DNA from: Wolbachia endosymbiont of Drosophila innubila
GTDB taxonomy: Bacteria > Pseudomonadota > Alphaproteobacteria > Rickettsiales > Anaplasmataceae
DNA: 32,000 nucleotides
Assembly: GCF_021378375.1 (NCBI RefSeq)
Contig: NZ_CP076228.1
Coordinates: forward strand, 120,001-152,000
Reading direction: 5' to 3'
A program made the position numbers and the translations under genes. Of the stretch, positions 16,938-25,811 are shown one piece after another; position 1 is the first letter of the stretch, and each line of letters opens with the position of its first letter. The notes beneath the pieces were generated by a model. The model was not told the DNA's origin, did not search any database, and saw only the letters and a list, made by a program, of their open reading frames with translations.

Positions 16938-19145
16938 TTGTGGCTCATATTATTTCTCATGCGTGTGATGGATAAAAAATGTCCTTTCCGCTTAGCTACA
17001 GAATTGAAGTCAGCTGCAGGCTTTGATGATGTTGTTCTCCAATGTAAGCAAAATAAAACAACAATACATAGGTTTGTGCAAGTCAAACACAAACAAGATG
17101 GAACTGAAAAAATCAGTGTAGGTAGCTTATTAACAAAGAGTGGTGAGTTTAATTTGTTGAAATACTTTATTGCTTATTTAAAGATCAAAAGTAATGGAAA
17201 GTTTAAGGGTGAGATGAAGTATTTTGCTATTGTTACGAATATTGATTTTGATTTCACAGATTCAGCACAACATGAAGTGAGAAAGCTGAGAATGATGTCG
17301 AGTGGAAAGAATAAAGAAAAGGAAATTTCAGTTATAAGAATAGACACACAAGATGAGTTTCTGGATGTAGGTGATGGTGTAAGATATAAATTTGATAATA
17401 GTATTATCTCATACTTGCAGGAAAATAAGGATTTTATAAAGGGTAAGGTAGGTAGAGAAGTCAGTGATAAAGAAGTCGAAGACTTTTTAAATGAACTAGT
17501 GTTTGCGGTTAATTTGCCCAATGAAAGTCAGCTAAAAGAATTGTTTAAAGGTGAGATGAGTGGTAGATTGGCCAAAAAGTTTGGCTATGTTGGTGACAAT
17601 GAAATCTTTTGCAATGACCTTCTGGAGAAAATATCAGACTGGGTGAAAGATATAAAAGGACGTTTTCTTTCGCCAGAAGAAGGAAAAGAATTTTTCCAAA
17701 AAGTGGAGCTATGGGCCAGCACTCTATGTGGGATAGAACGAGGGGTAAAGAAAGGGAATAAAGGAATTGATAAAATAGCAAAACAACAGCATAAGGATAG
17801 TAAAACACTGAATGAAATACATGCAGCTGTAACAGCGCAAAATAACAAGCAAAGACCCCATAAGAAACCTTATGGTCCTCGTGACAAAAAATCGAAAGCA
17901 AGAGAAGAAGGAGATATAGAAGAATCAGATGAATTTGATGAAATAGAAGCTTTAGAATTTGTTAAAAGGGCTTTGAATATAGAAAACAATTTACAGAATA
18001 AGGAAATAAAAAAGCTAGCACAGGAACTACAATATTCCCAATTGGCTTTAAAACTAGCGGTTACATATATTAGTGAAGAAAATATTGTATTTAGTCATAG
18101 GGGTAGAAAAAGGATTAGAGTTGGTGGCTATCTGAAAAAGTGTGAAAAGATAGCAGAGAAGCTACTTGACTTTAAGTCCGAATATAAAAGTGATCGTTAT
18201 GCTAAGGCAACTTTCATAACTTGGAAAATTACAATTGATGCTATAGTGCAAAAAAAATTTGGGCCGGAAGCATTGAGCATTCTCGAGATAATGGCCTATT
18301 TTTCTCCTAATGAGATTTATATAGAAGAAATCTTTTCACAGCAAGTAGCTAATGATAAAGAAGCGTTGTGGAATGCTGTTGAGTTACTTAATCGATATTC
18401 AATGATTAAATTAAGGAAAGGAGTAGTAAATATTTACAGACTAGTGCAAAAGGTGACTAGATTAAAATTACAAGAGAAAGGCCGAGAAGAAGAGGTCTTA
18501 AGGAAAGCTCTAGAATTGATAAACAGTTATGATGTATTAATAGATAATTCTATTGTTGCATCTGTTTGGGGATATGTGAGTAAGTATGGTGAGTTAATTG
18601 ACGAATTTTACTTTAATCCTATTTATGGTAAATGGAAATATACACCGTTGCATTCACTTGCCGAAAGTGGCAGTTATGAGGCAGTTAGGTGCGTATTAAC
18701 ACATATGGAAGAAAAACACCCAGATAAATTTAATTGTGTTGTTAATGCTAGGGATGGATCTGACAGCACTCCATTGTGTTCAGCTGTTGAGAGTGGAGGA
18801 TTGGACATAGTGCAATATTTTATCAATAAGGGTGCAGATGTCAATGCTAAGAGCAGATATGGTATCACTCCGTTACATCAGGCTGTTTATGATGGAAGGG
18901 TTGATATAGTAGAATACCTTATAGGCAAAGGGGCGGACATTAACGCTAAAGATGAAAATGGCAACACTCCGCTACACTTTGCTGCTATTATGGGAAATTT
19001 TGACACGGCTAGAGTGCTACTAAAACGCAAAGCAGATGTTAATGCTAAGAATAATAGGGGAATGACAGCATTACATTATGCCACTGATTTTGATCATAGG
19101 GATCTTGTGGAATGGCTTTTAGCTCATGGTGCATCCATCCTGTGA
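16938..19145 (+). CDS. Ankyrin-repeat protein with N-terminal PD-(D/E)xK nuclease-like region and partial NB-ARC/STAND-like region; likely truncated at its 5' end
   Basis: N-terminal LATELKSAAGFDDVVLQ...HRFVQVKHK; middle KKLAQELQYSQLALKLAVTYI...KATFITWKITIDAIVQKKFGPEALSILEIMAYFSPNEIYIEEIF...LLNRYSMIKLRKGVVNIYRLVQKVTRLKLQ; C-terminal about 5 ankyrin repeats (STPLCSAVESGGLDIVQYFINKGADVNAK, ITPLHQAVYDGRVDIVEYLIGKGADINAK, NTPLHFAAIMGNFDTARVLLKRKADVNAK, MTALHYATDFDHRDLVEWLLAHGASIL). Confidence 0.8.
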   Translation: MWLILFLMRVMDKKCPFRLATELKSAAGFDDVVLQCKQNKTTIHRFVQVKHKQDGTEKISVGSLLTKSGEFNLLKYFIAYLKIKSNGKFKGEMKYFAIVTNIDFDFTDSAQHEVRKLRMMSSGKNKEKEISVIRIDTQDEFLDVGDGVRYKFDNSIISYLQENKDFIKGKVGREVSDKEVEDFLNELVFAVNLPNESQLKELFKGEMSGRLAKKFGYVGDNEIFCNDLLEKISDWVKDIKGRFLSPEEGKEFFQKVELWASTLCGIERGVKKGNKGIDKIAKQQHKDSKTLNEIHAAVTAQNNKQRPHKKPYGPRDKKSKAREEGDIEESDEFDEIEALEFVKRALNIENNLQNKEIKKLAQELQYSQLALKLAVTYISEENIVFSHRGRKRIRVGGYLKKCEKIAEKLLDFKSEYKSDRYAKATFITWKITIDAIVQKKFGPEALSILEIMAYFSPNEIYIEEIFSQQVANDKEALWNAVELLNRYSMIKLRKGVVNIYRLVQKVTRLKLQEKGREEEVLRKALELINSYDVLIDNSIVASVWGYVSKYGELIDEFYFNPIYGKWKYTPLHSLAESGSYEAVRCVLTHMEEKHPDKFNCVVNARDGSDSTPLCSAVESGGLDIVQYFINKGADVNAKSRYGITPLHQAVYDGRVDIVEYLIGKGADINAKDENGNTPLHFAAIMGNFDTARVLLKRKADVNAKNNRGMTALHYATDFDHRDLVEWLLAHGASIL

Positions 19146-19236
19146 CTACTGAAATTTTGCATTTAATTTATAGCTCCGCTTCTATCAGGGCATAGGATGA
19201 CAGAAGTGGGCTTTAATGGCTGTAGTACTATAGCTG

Positions 19237-19656
19237 TTATACTCCAAAAGTAAGTATTAGATATAACAAATAGAAGAAATTAGATAGAATGATTAAAGGG
19301 GCAAGGGTATAAAGGTTTAACTTAAAATAACCTGATAAAATTTGAATCACACTTCCAAGTGCTGGCACCCATGAAAGTAATGTAACTGCACAAATCAGTA
19401 GATTTTTTACGATTTTTGGTGTTTTATGCTCGTTCTCTAGTTTGCGGTATGATTTTCGTATAGAGATTGTTATTCTACCTAAATACCAGTTAACTATTCC
19501 ACCAAGGCTTGATCCTAGTACTCCAAAAAATAACATCAGTAGTGGAGTGTGATACGACCTGAAATAAAGCATGGTATTGAACACAAAACCTTGATGTATG
19601 GGTAAGACTAATGATGATACTAGACTATCTGTGAATAACAGAAAGTAATTTTCCAT
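19237..19656 (-). CDS. YqaA/DedA-like small inner membrane protein
   Basis: 139 aa, multiple TM segments; LMLFFGVLGSSLGGIVNWYLGR resembles the SNARE-associated/YqaA 'lG..lG....Y.lGr' motif. Confidence 0.6.
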   Translation of the reverse strand: MENYFLLFTDSLVSSLVLPIHQGFVFNTMLYFRSYHTPLLMLFFGVLGSSLGGIVNWYLGRITISIRKSYRKLENEHKTPKIVKNLLICAVTLLSWVPALGSVIQILSGYFKLNLYTLAPLIILSNFFYLLYLILTFGV

Positions 19657-19662
19657 ATGAGT

Positions 19663-21036
19663 TTACCAGGTTGTTGTACCATCTTCATTGTCAGAAATTG
19701 TAATCCCCATTTGTTTCAACTGATCCCTTATTTTGTCTGCAGTATCGTAATTTTTATTTTTTTTTGCAATTTTTCTTAAGTCTATCAACCTTTCTATTTC
19801 TTGATGATTTACATCCACAGCAAACCACTTTTCATAATTTGACTCAAGAAGACCAATAAATCTGGCACTCTTAACAAAACTCTCAGTTAATTTTAGCTTT
19901 TCACTTTCATTACTCATTTTGTTAATTTTTGCAGCCATTTCATGTAATATAGCTAGAGCTTCAGGAATGTTTAAGTCGTTTTTTAAAGCGTCTATAAAAT
20001 CTTTAGAAATCTCTGCGTTACTTTCATCAATATTTATTGTATCTAAACCACGTGATAGCCGATAAAATTTATTTAAGGTTTCCTGTGCGTCAGAAATAAC
20101 GTTTTCTGTCCAATCAAGTGGTTTTCTGTAGTGAGTTTTGAGCAGTGCATAGCGTATTACTTCACCCTTTATTCCACTATCTAGCAAATCTCTTACTTTG
20201 ACTATATTAAATAAGGACTTGCTCATTTTCTCTTCATTTACTGTAAGAAAACCGTTATGTATCCAGTATTTTGCAAACATTGATCCAGCAAATGCAGACT
20301 TACTCTGTGCAATTTCATTTTCATGGTGAGGAAATTGTAAATCTATGCCGCCACCATGAATATCAAAATCTTTGCCAAGGTAAGCATATGACATTGCTGA
20401 GCATTCTATATGCCATCCAGGTCTGCCCTCTCCCCATGGGCTATTCCAATAACTTGAAAGTTTGTAGTCAATATCATTTGCAGGCTTCCACAGCACAAAA
20501 TCTCCCGGGTGCTTTTTATTTTCATTAACTTCAACTCTGCTACCTGGAACCAATTCATCAGTTTTTTTTCCTGATAAAGCACCATATTCATGGTAAGATT
20601 CTATATTAAAATACACATGTTTGTCAGATTCATAAGCGTGGCCTGATTGTAGCAAATGTTCAATTAATTTTATAATATAATCTACGTTTTTCGTTGCTTT
20701 TGGCTCGTGTGTTGGCTCTGCACAATTTATGCTTCTCATATCTTCATGAAAAGCCTTGGTGTAATATGTGCTGATACTTTCTATGTTGCTATTTTTTTCA
20801 CTTGCTGCATTAATTATCTTATCATCAATGTCGGTTATGTTACGCACATAGGTAACTTTGCCATAACAAAACTTAAGTAGCTGAAATAACACATCATACA
20901 CAACAACAGACCGTGCATTGCCTATATGTGCTGTGTCATATACTGTTGGTCCGCAAACATACATTTTCACATGATCTTTATCGATAGGTGTAAAAAGCTC
21001 CTTTTTTTTTGTTAAGGTGTTGTAAAGCCTAACCAT
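19663..21036 (-). CDS. cysS: Cysteine--tRNA ligase
   Basis: [90 protein letters not shown] at 21036 is a better start than the ORF-track start at 21069. Confidence 0.97.
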   Translation of the reverse strand: MVRLYNTLTKKKELFTPIDKDHVKMYVCGPTVYDTAHIGNARSVVVYDVLFQLLKFCYGKVTYVRNITDIDDKIINAASEKNSNIESISTYYTKAFHEDMRSINCAEPTHEPKATKNVDYIIKLIEHLLQSGHAYESDKHVYFNIESYHEYGALSGKKTDELVPGSRVEVNENKKHPGDFVLWKPANDIDYKLSSYWNSPWGEGRPGWHIECSAMSYAYLGKDFDIHGGGIDLQFPHHENEIAQSKSAFAGSMFAKYWIHNGFLTVNEEKMSKSLFNIVKVRDLLDSGIKGEVIRYALLKTHYRKPLDWTENVISDAQETLNKFYRLSRGLDTINIDESNAEISKDFIDALKNDLNIPEALAILHEMAAKINKMSNESEKLKLTESFVKSARFIGLLESNYEKWFAVDVNHQEIERLIDLRKIAKKNKNYDTADKIRDQLKQMGITISDNEDGTTTW

Positions 21037-21685
21037 ATACGAAGCTTTTGAGAAAAGAAAATGCCCCAATGATAAGTTGTGGCCCTTTGACTACTACAAC
21101 AAGAGTAAGCAATAGCCCACACAATGATATTAAAACTCCCAATATGGATAGAAACCCATCTTTACTCATAATGCCAAGCGAAATAAGAGTCGTACCAATT
21201 GCAGGAATGAAGTTAGTAAGAGGCAATGGAAGAGCTATCGATAATGCAGAAAGCAACATTACAAAAGCTAAAATCTTTTCACCGGGCCCATAGAAAATGA
21301 AAGACAGTCTTGGCTTCATGAATTTTTCTATTTTTTCTAATACAGGGGAAGTTTTCTCTACCACAAGAGCTAGTGTTGAACGCTGAAAAGATCTTCTTTC
21401 TAGCCAACTGGGCATCCAAGGAGAATCAAATCCAAATAGAAGCTGCAGTGAGAATAAGATTAAAGGTATAGAAAGAATAGTTGTATAACCAGGTGGAACC
21501 GGTATAGGCACCGATAGCGGCAAGGAGAAGATGATTATTAAAATACTAAAACCGCGCTCATGCAAAGCTGTTTTAATGTCAAACAAAGTTACTTTATTGC
21601 TATCATTGTTATTGGTATCTGCAACCTCTTTTAGAATATCAGAAGCTAGTTTATCACTTTTAGTCAACTTATCATTTTTTGACAC
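21029..21685 (-). CDS. Exopolysaccharide synthesis ExoD family membrane protein, copy 1
   Basis: 218 aa; [84 protein letters not shown]; ExoD-like pattern. Confidence 0.85.
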   Translation of the reverse strand: MSKNDKLTKSDKLASDILKEVADTNNNDSNKVTLFDIKTALHERGFSILIIIFSLPLSVPIPVPPGYTTILSIPLILFSLQLLFGFDSPWMPSWLERRSFQRSTLALVVEKTSPVLEKIEKFMKPRLSFIFYGPGEKILAFVMLLSALSIALPLPLTNFIPAIGTTLISLGIMSKDGFLSILGVLISLCGLLLTLVVVVKGPQLIIGAFSFLKSFVYG

Positions 21686-21775
21686 GAAAAACCTTTGATA
21701 AAAATAATTCTTAACACAATTATTGTTTTATTTCAATATGCATTATTCATTTTGCGCTAGTAATTCGTTCTTTTG

Positions 21776-22432
21776 TTAAAGTGTTGTAAAGCTTTTAAGA
21801 AGAGAAAGTGCTCCGGTTATAAGTTGTGGTCCTTTGACTATTACAACAAGAGTAAGCAACAACGCGCACAATGATACTAAAACTCCCAATATGGATAGAA
21901 ACCCGTCTTTACTCATAATGCTAAGTGAAATAAGAGTTGTGCCAATTGCAGGAAGGAAGTGAGTAAAAGGTAATGGAAGAGCTATTATTATTGCACAAAG
22001 CAACATCATAAAAGCCAGAATCTTCTCACCAGGCCCATAGAAAATGAAAGACAGTCTTGGCTTCATGAATTTTTCTATTTTTTCTAATACAGGGGAAGTT
22101 TTCTCTACCACAAGAGCTAGTGTTGAACGCTGAAAAGATCTTCTTTCTAGCCAACTGGGCATCCAAGGAGAATCAAATCCAAATAGAAGCTGCAGTGAGA
22201 ATAAGATTAAAGGTATAGAAAGAATAGTTGTATAACCAGGTGGAACCGGTATAGGCACCGATAGCGGCAAGGAGAAGATGATTATTAAAATACTAAAACC
22301 GCGCTCATGCAAAGCTGTTTTAATGTCAAACAAAGTTACTTTATTGCTATCATTGTTATTGGTATCTGCAACCTCTTTTAGAATATCAGAAGCTAGTTTT
22401 TTATCTTTAGTTAGTTTCTCACTTTTTTGCAC
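21776..22432 (-). CDS. Exopolysaccharide synthesis ExoD family membrane protein, copy 2
   Basis: 218 aa, nearly identical to 21029..21685; tandem direct duplication with 747-bp offset. Confidence 0.85.
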   Translation of the reverse strand: MQKSEKLTKDKKLASDILKEVADTNNNDSNKVTLFDIKTALHERGFSILIIIFSLPLSVPIPVPPGYTTILSIPLILFSLQLLFGFDSPWMPSWLERRSFQRSTLALVVEKTSPVLEKIEKFMKPRLSFIFYGPGEKILAFMMLLCAIIIALPLPFTHFLPAIGTTLISLSIMSKDGFLSILGVLVSLCALLLTLVVIVKGPQLITGALSLLKSFTTL

Positions 22433-22598
22433 AATTATCCTTTAATAAAATATTCCTCTTAAGCTAACATAGTTGTTGCTGTATTTCAATATTTGTTATT
22501 TATTTCATACCAACACTTCATCTCTTTCATTCTTTAACCTGACTAAGTTTTTAAACAGATGACATGCACTAAGGTGCATGTCACGAAGTATGAGGACG

Positions 22599-22766
22599 CT
22601 AACGATCTGGTTCATTAAACGATAATTTTTCTGAGTCCTTAAGCTCCTGTTTAAGGTTTTTGATGCCTTTTCCTAAATCACCCATAACTTGCGGTAATCT
22701 GCCTGCACCAAACAGAACTAAAATTATTATTAAGACTAGAAACAATTGCCATGGTCCTAAACTCAT
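22599..22766 (-). CDS. tatA: Sec-independent protein translocase TatA/E family protein (55 aa, below the ORF-track length cutoff)
   Basis: Manual translation: [55 protein letters not shown]; single TM followed by the FG.gkLP...g.lGkgik.fK signature. Confidence 0.93.
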   Translation of the reverse strand: MSLGPWQLFLVLIIILVLFGAGRLPQVMGDLGKGIKNLKQELKDSEKLSFNEPDR

Positions 22767-22894
22767 TTTCACCTCCATTTAAAATATTGACCTTTAAATA
22801 TTAAAACTTGACTGAAGTCAAGTAACACATAGATTATATCACCTTTATTTAATTATAAATCAAGGTTTTTTAATTATTTTATAACAATCCCAAA

Positions 22895-23668
22895 CTAGAT
22901 TATTTTCTTGCAGCGAATAAGTGGAAACTTTTCGCTTAACTGTAGAGTAGAAGAGAGCTCACTCAAAAACTTTGCTAGCGTATCATCTTTAGGCTTATGG
23001 TATATATCGCTAGAAACTCCTGATTGAATAATTTTACCATTTTTCATTACGTAGATAAAATCTGCAACTTTCAATGCTTCTTGCGGGTCATGAGTTACCA
23101 TTAGCACAGGGATATTTTTACTTCTAAAAAGGGACAATATATGTTGTCTTATTCGGCACTTGAGCAGTATATCTAAATTAGAAAATGGTTCATCTAACAA
23201 CACAACATCAGGGTTTTGTGCCATCACTCTTGCTATTGCAACTAATTGTTGCTGTCCTCCAGATAAGGCATTAGGGTACATATTTTCATATTTTTCTATA
23301 TTGAGTAACTTCAAGATTTCCAATGCAATTAGGTGCTTTTCTCTCTTGGAAGAGCTGCGGATAGCAAAGGTTATATTTTCTACTACTGTTTTATGAGGAA
23401 ATAATGCAGAATGCTGAAAAATCAATCCGATATTTCTATGCTCTATAGCGACTGATGCCTTATTACTTGCAACTAACCTATCATTTATAAAAATAGTTCC
23501 AGATTTTGGATTTTCTATCCCCGCAATTAATTTCAAAATTGTTGACTTGCCACAGCCAGAATGCCCCAATAAACATGCAACATTTCCTTTCTTTACTTTA
23601 ATGTTTATATTGCTTAAAGCAAAGTCGTTTTGATTGTTATAGAAATAACCAATATTGTTAACTAGCAT
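22895..23668 (-). CDS. ABC transporter ATP-binding protein, iron(III)/FbpC-like
   Basis: Walker A LLGHSGCGKSTILK, signature LSGGQQQLVAIARVMAQNPDVVLLDEPFSNLD, VTHDPQEAL. Confidence 0.92.
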   Translation of the reverse strand: MLVNNIGYFYNNQNDFALSNINIKVKKGNVACLLGHSGCGKSTILKLIAGIENPKSGTIFINDRLVASNKASVAIEHRNIGLIFQHSALFPHKTVVENITFAIRSSSKREKHLIALEILKLLNIEKYENMYPNALSGGQQQLVAIARVMAQNPDVVLLDEPFSNLDILLKCRIRQHILSLFRSKNIPVLMVTHDPQEALKVADFIYVMKNGKIIQSGVSSDIYHKPKDDTLAKFLSELSSTLQLSEKFPLIRCKKII

Positions 23669-23815
23669 TAATCTTACTTAAACCATGTTATTAAATATAA
23701 TAGCATTATACTCAAGAAGTACAGAAATGTTTTTTGTCGTCATAAATTGGTTATGCAAGAAATCTAGAAAAGAAAGGATTTTTTGCTATAATTTTACATG
23801 AATGGTAGGAAATAC

Positions 23816-23892
23816 GGGACTATAGCTCAGCAGGATAGAGCGTTGGACTCCTAATCTGAAGGTCGTGCGTTCGAATCGCACTAGTCCCACCA
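23816..23892 (+). tRNA. tRNA-Arg (anticodon CCT), CCA encoded
   Basis: Acceptor GGGACTA/TAGTCCC, anticodon loop CTCCTAA, T-loop TTCGAAT, 3' ACCA. Confidence 0.95.
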
Positions 23893-23993
23893 CATTGCTT
23901 CACAAATTTTATGGAGATTTTTTTTCACAAATACGCACACCTTTTTTTGCGGTTTTAAGATATAAATTCCCTAATAATAAAACGGGTTTTGTG

Positions 23994-25811
23994 TCATTCC
24001 AGTACTCCTCTCTTATAATTCACGTATTTAAGAATGATTTCTGCTAAACCTTTACTAATTCCAGGTACGTTTTGAATTTCAGCCAGAGAAGCTTTGCTTA
24101 TATTTTTCACTGAACCAAAATAAGACATCAACGCTTTTTTTCTTTTGTTGCCAATGCCGGGTATTTTGCTTAATTGTGAAACTATAAACTGTTTATCGCG
24201 TTTTTTTCTATGTGAAGTTATCGCAAAACGGTGGGCTTCATTACGCAGCGATTGTAAGTAAAGCATGACTTTGCTGTCATTTGCCAGACTGAATTCTTCC
24301 CTGCCCAGCATATAAAATCTTTCATTTCCTGCGTTACGATCAGGACCTTTTGCCATACAAGCAAAAGGAACGTTTATATTCAATACTTCCAGTACATTCT
24401 GTACTATGGAAACATGTCCTGGTCCACCATCAATCAGTAAAAAATCAGGTATTATGCCTTTTATATTGCCGGAGAAACGTCTGGTTAGCACTTCCCTCAT
24501 CATTTTATAGTCATCGCCTGAAAATTTTTCCTTTATAGTAAATTTTCTGTACTCACTCTTTAAAAAACCCTCCTGCCCTGCAACAATCATCACACCAATT
24601 TGCTGGCTTCCAGAAATATGGCTATTATCATAAACCTCGATACGCTTTGGAATGTTTGGTAACAAGAAGATTTTGCTAAGCTCCTCAAGCTTTTCTAGGT
24701 TATTTCTATAATCGATAAGCTTCTGCTCTAAGCTATGCTGAGAGTTATCATAAACAAATTTCAATAAATCACGCTCTTTTTTATTCTTTGCATGCAGAAC
24801 TTTTACTGGCTTTTGAGCAACCTTATATAGTGCTTGTTCTATAATTTCCTTATCCACAATAGAATCTGGAACGTAAATTTGTATTGGAGGTATGTTAGCT
24901 GAATTATAAAAATTGACCAAAAAGGTGGATAAAATTTCATCATTTGAGTGATCACCACAGTTCTCGGCAAAGTAAGGAGTGCTGCCGTAGTTGTCTTTAT
25001 TTCTAAACGATAACACACTAATACATGCTAGATCCTCTTCACGTACAATACTGAAGAAATCTGCATCTTTTTCAAAAGAAAAATCCGTGTGCTGTATTTG
25101 AATTTGCTCAAGAAACTTTACCCGATCTCTATATATAGCAGCAAGCTCATAGTTTTCTTCACTGCTGCACTTTCTCATTGTGAAAAGTAACTGTTCTTTC
25201 ACTTCCTTATTTCTTCCAAGCAATGTATTTCGTGCCTGTTTTACTGATTGGCAGTAGTCGTCTTTTGTGATTTTGTTTATGCATGGTGCTGAGCAGCGCT
25301 TAATTTGATATTCAATACATGGTCTTTTTGTTGAGGAAAAGTATTGATCTGAACATACTCTTAGGAGAAAAGCTTTTTGCAATGACAATATAGTTTGCTT
25401 AACAGCAGCGGCAGATGTAAAGGGACCATAATAATGAAACTCATTTTTCTTAAATTTGCCTCTATATTTTGCTATTCTTGGATAATCGTGCTTGGAAATT
25501 GTTATATAAGGATAAAATTTTCCATCCTTGAGCACAATATTATAAAGTGGTTTCAATGATTTTATTAGCTGTGCTTCAAGAAGCAGTGCTTCGATTTCAT
25601 TCTCAGTGATGAATATTTCAACCTTAATAACCTGTAAGAGCATAACTCTAATTCGTTCAGAAAGGTTTTCGAATTGAAGGTAGTCGGATAACCTTGACTT
25701 TAAGTTTTTTGCTTTTCCAACATATAAAACTTTATTCTTATCTCCAACCATCTTATACACGCCACAGGATTGTGGAGATGATTTGATTTGTTCTTTATAT
25801 TGCCTGAGCAT
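23994..25811 (-). CDS. uvrC: Excinuclease ABC subunit C
   Basis: SPQSCGVYKMVGDKNKVLYVGKAKNLKSRLSDY, RIEVYDNSHISGSQQIGVMIV, PDFLLIDGGPGHV, IPGIGNKRKKALM. Confidence 0.97.
   Translation of the reverse strand: MLRQYKEQIKSSPQSCGVYKMVGDKNKVLYVGKAKNLKSRLSDYLQFENLSERIRVMLLQVIKVEIFITENEIEALLLEAQLIKSLKPLYNIVLKDGKFYPYITISKHDYPRIAKYRGKFKKNEFHYYGPFTSAAAVKQTILSLQKAFLLRVCSDQYFSSTKRPCIEYQIKRCSAPCINKITKDDYCQSVKQARNTLLGRNKEVKEQLLFTMRKCSSEENYELAAIYRDRVKFLEQIQIQHTDFSFEKDADFFSIVREEDLACISVLSFRNKDNYGSTPYFAENCGDHSNDEILSTFLVNFYNSANIPPIQIYVPDSIVDKEIIEQALYKVAQKPVKVLHAKNKKERDLLKFVYDNSQHSLEQKLIDYRNNLEKLEELSKIFLLPNIPKRIEVYDNSHISGSQQIGVMIVAGQEGFLKSEYRKFTIKEKFSGDDYKMMREVLTRRFSGNIKGIIPDFLLIDGGPGHVSIVQNVLEVLNINVPFACMAKGPDRNAGNERFYMLGREEFSLANDSKVMLYLQSLRNEAHRFAITSHRKKRDKQFIVSQLSKIPGIGNKRKKALMSYFGSVKNISKASLAEIQNVPGISKGLAEIILKYVNYKRGVLE

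Noticed and set aside
17174-17901. Minus-strand ORFs 17174..17521, 17545..17901 and 17585..17848 inside the ankyrin/nuclease gene
   Set aside because: Antisense shadows of a well-supported 735-aa ORF; no recognisable family.
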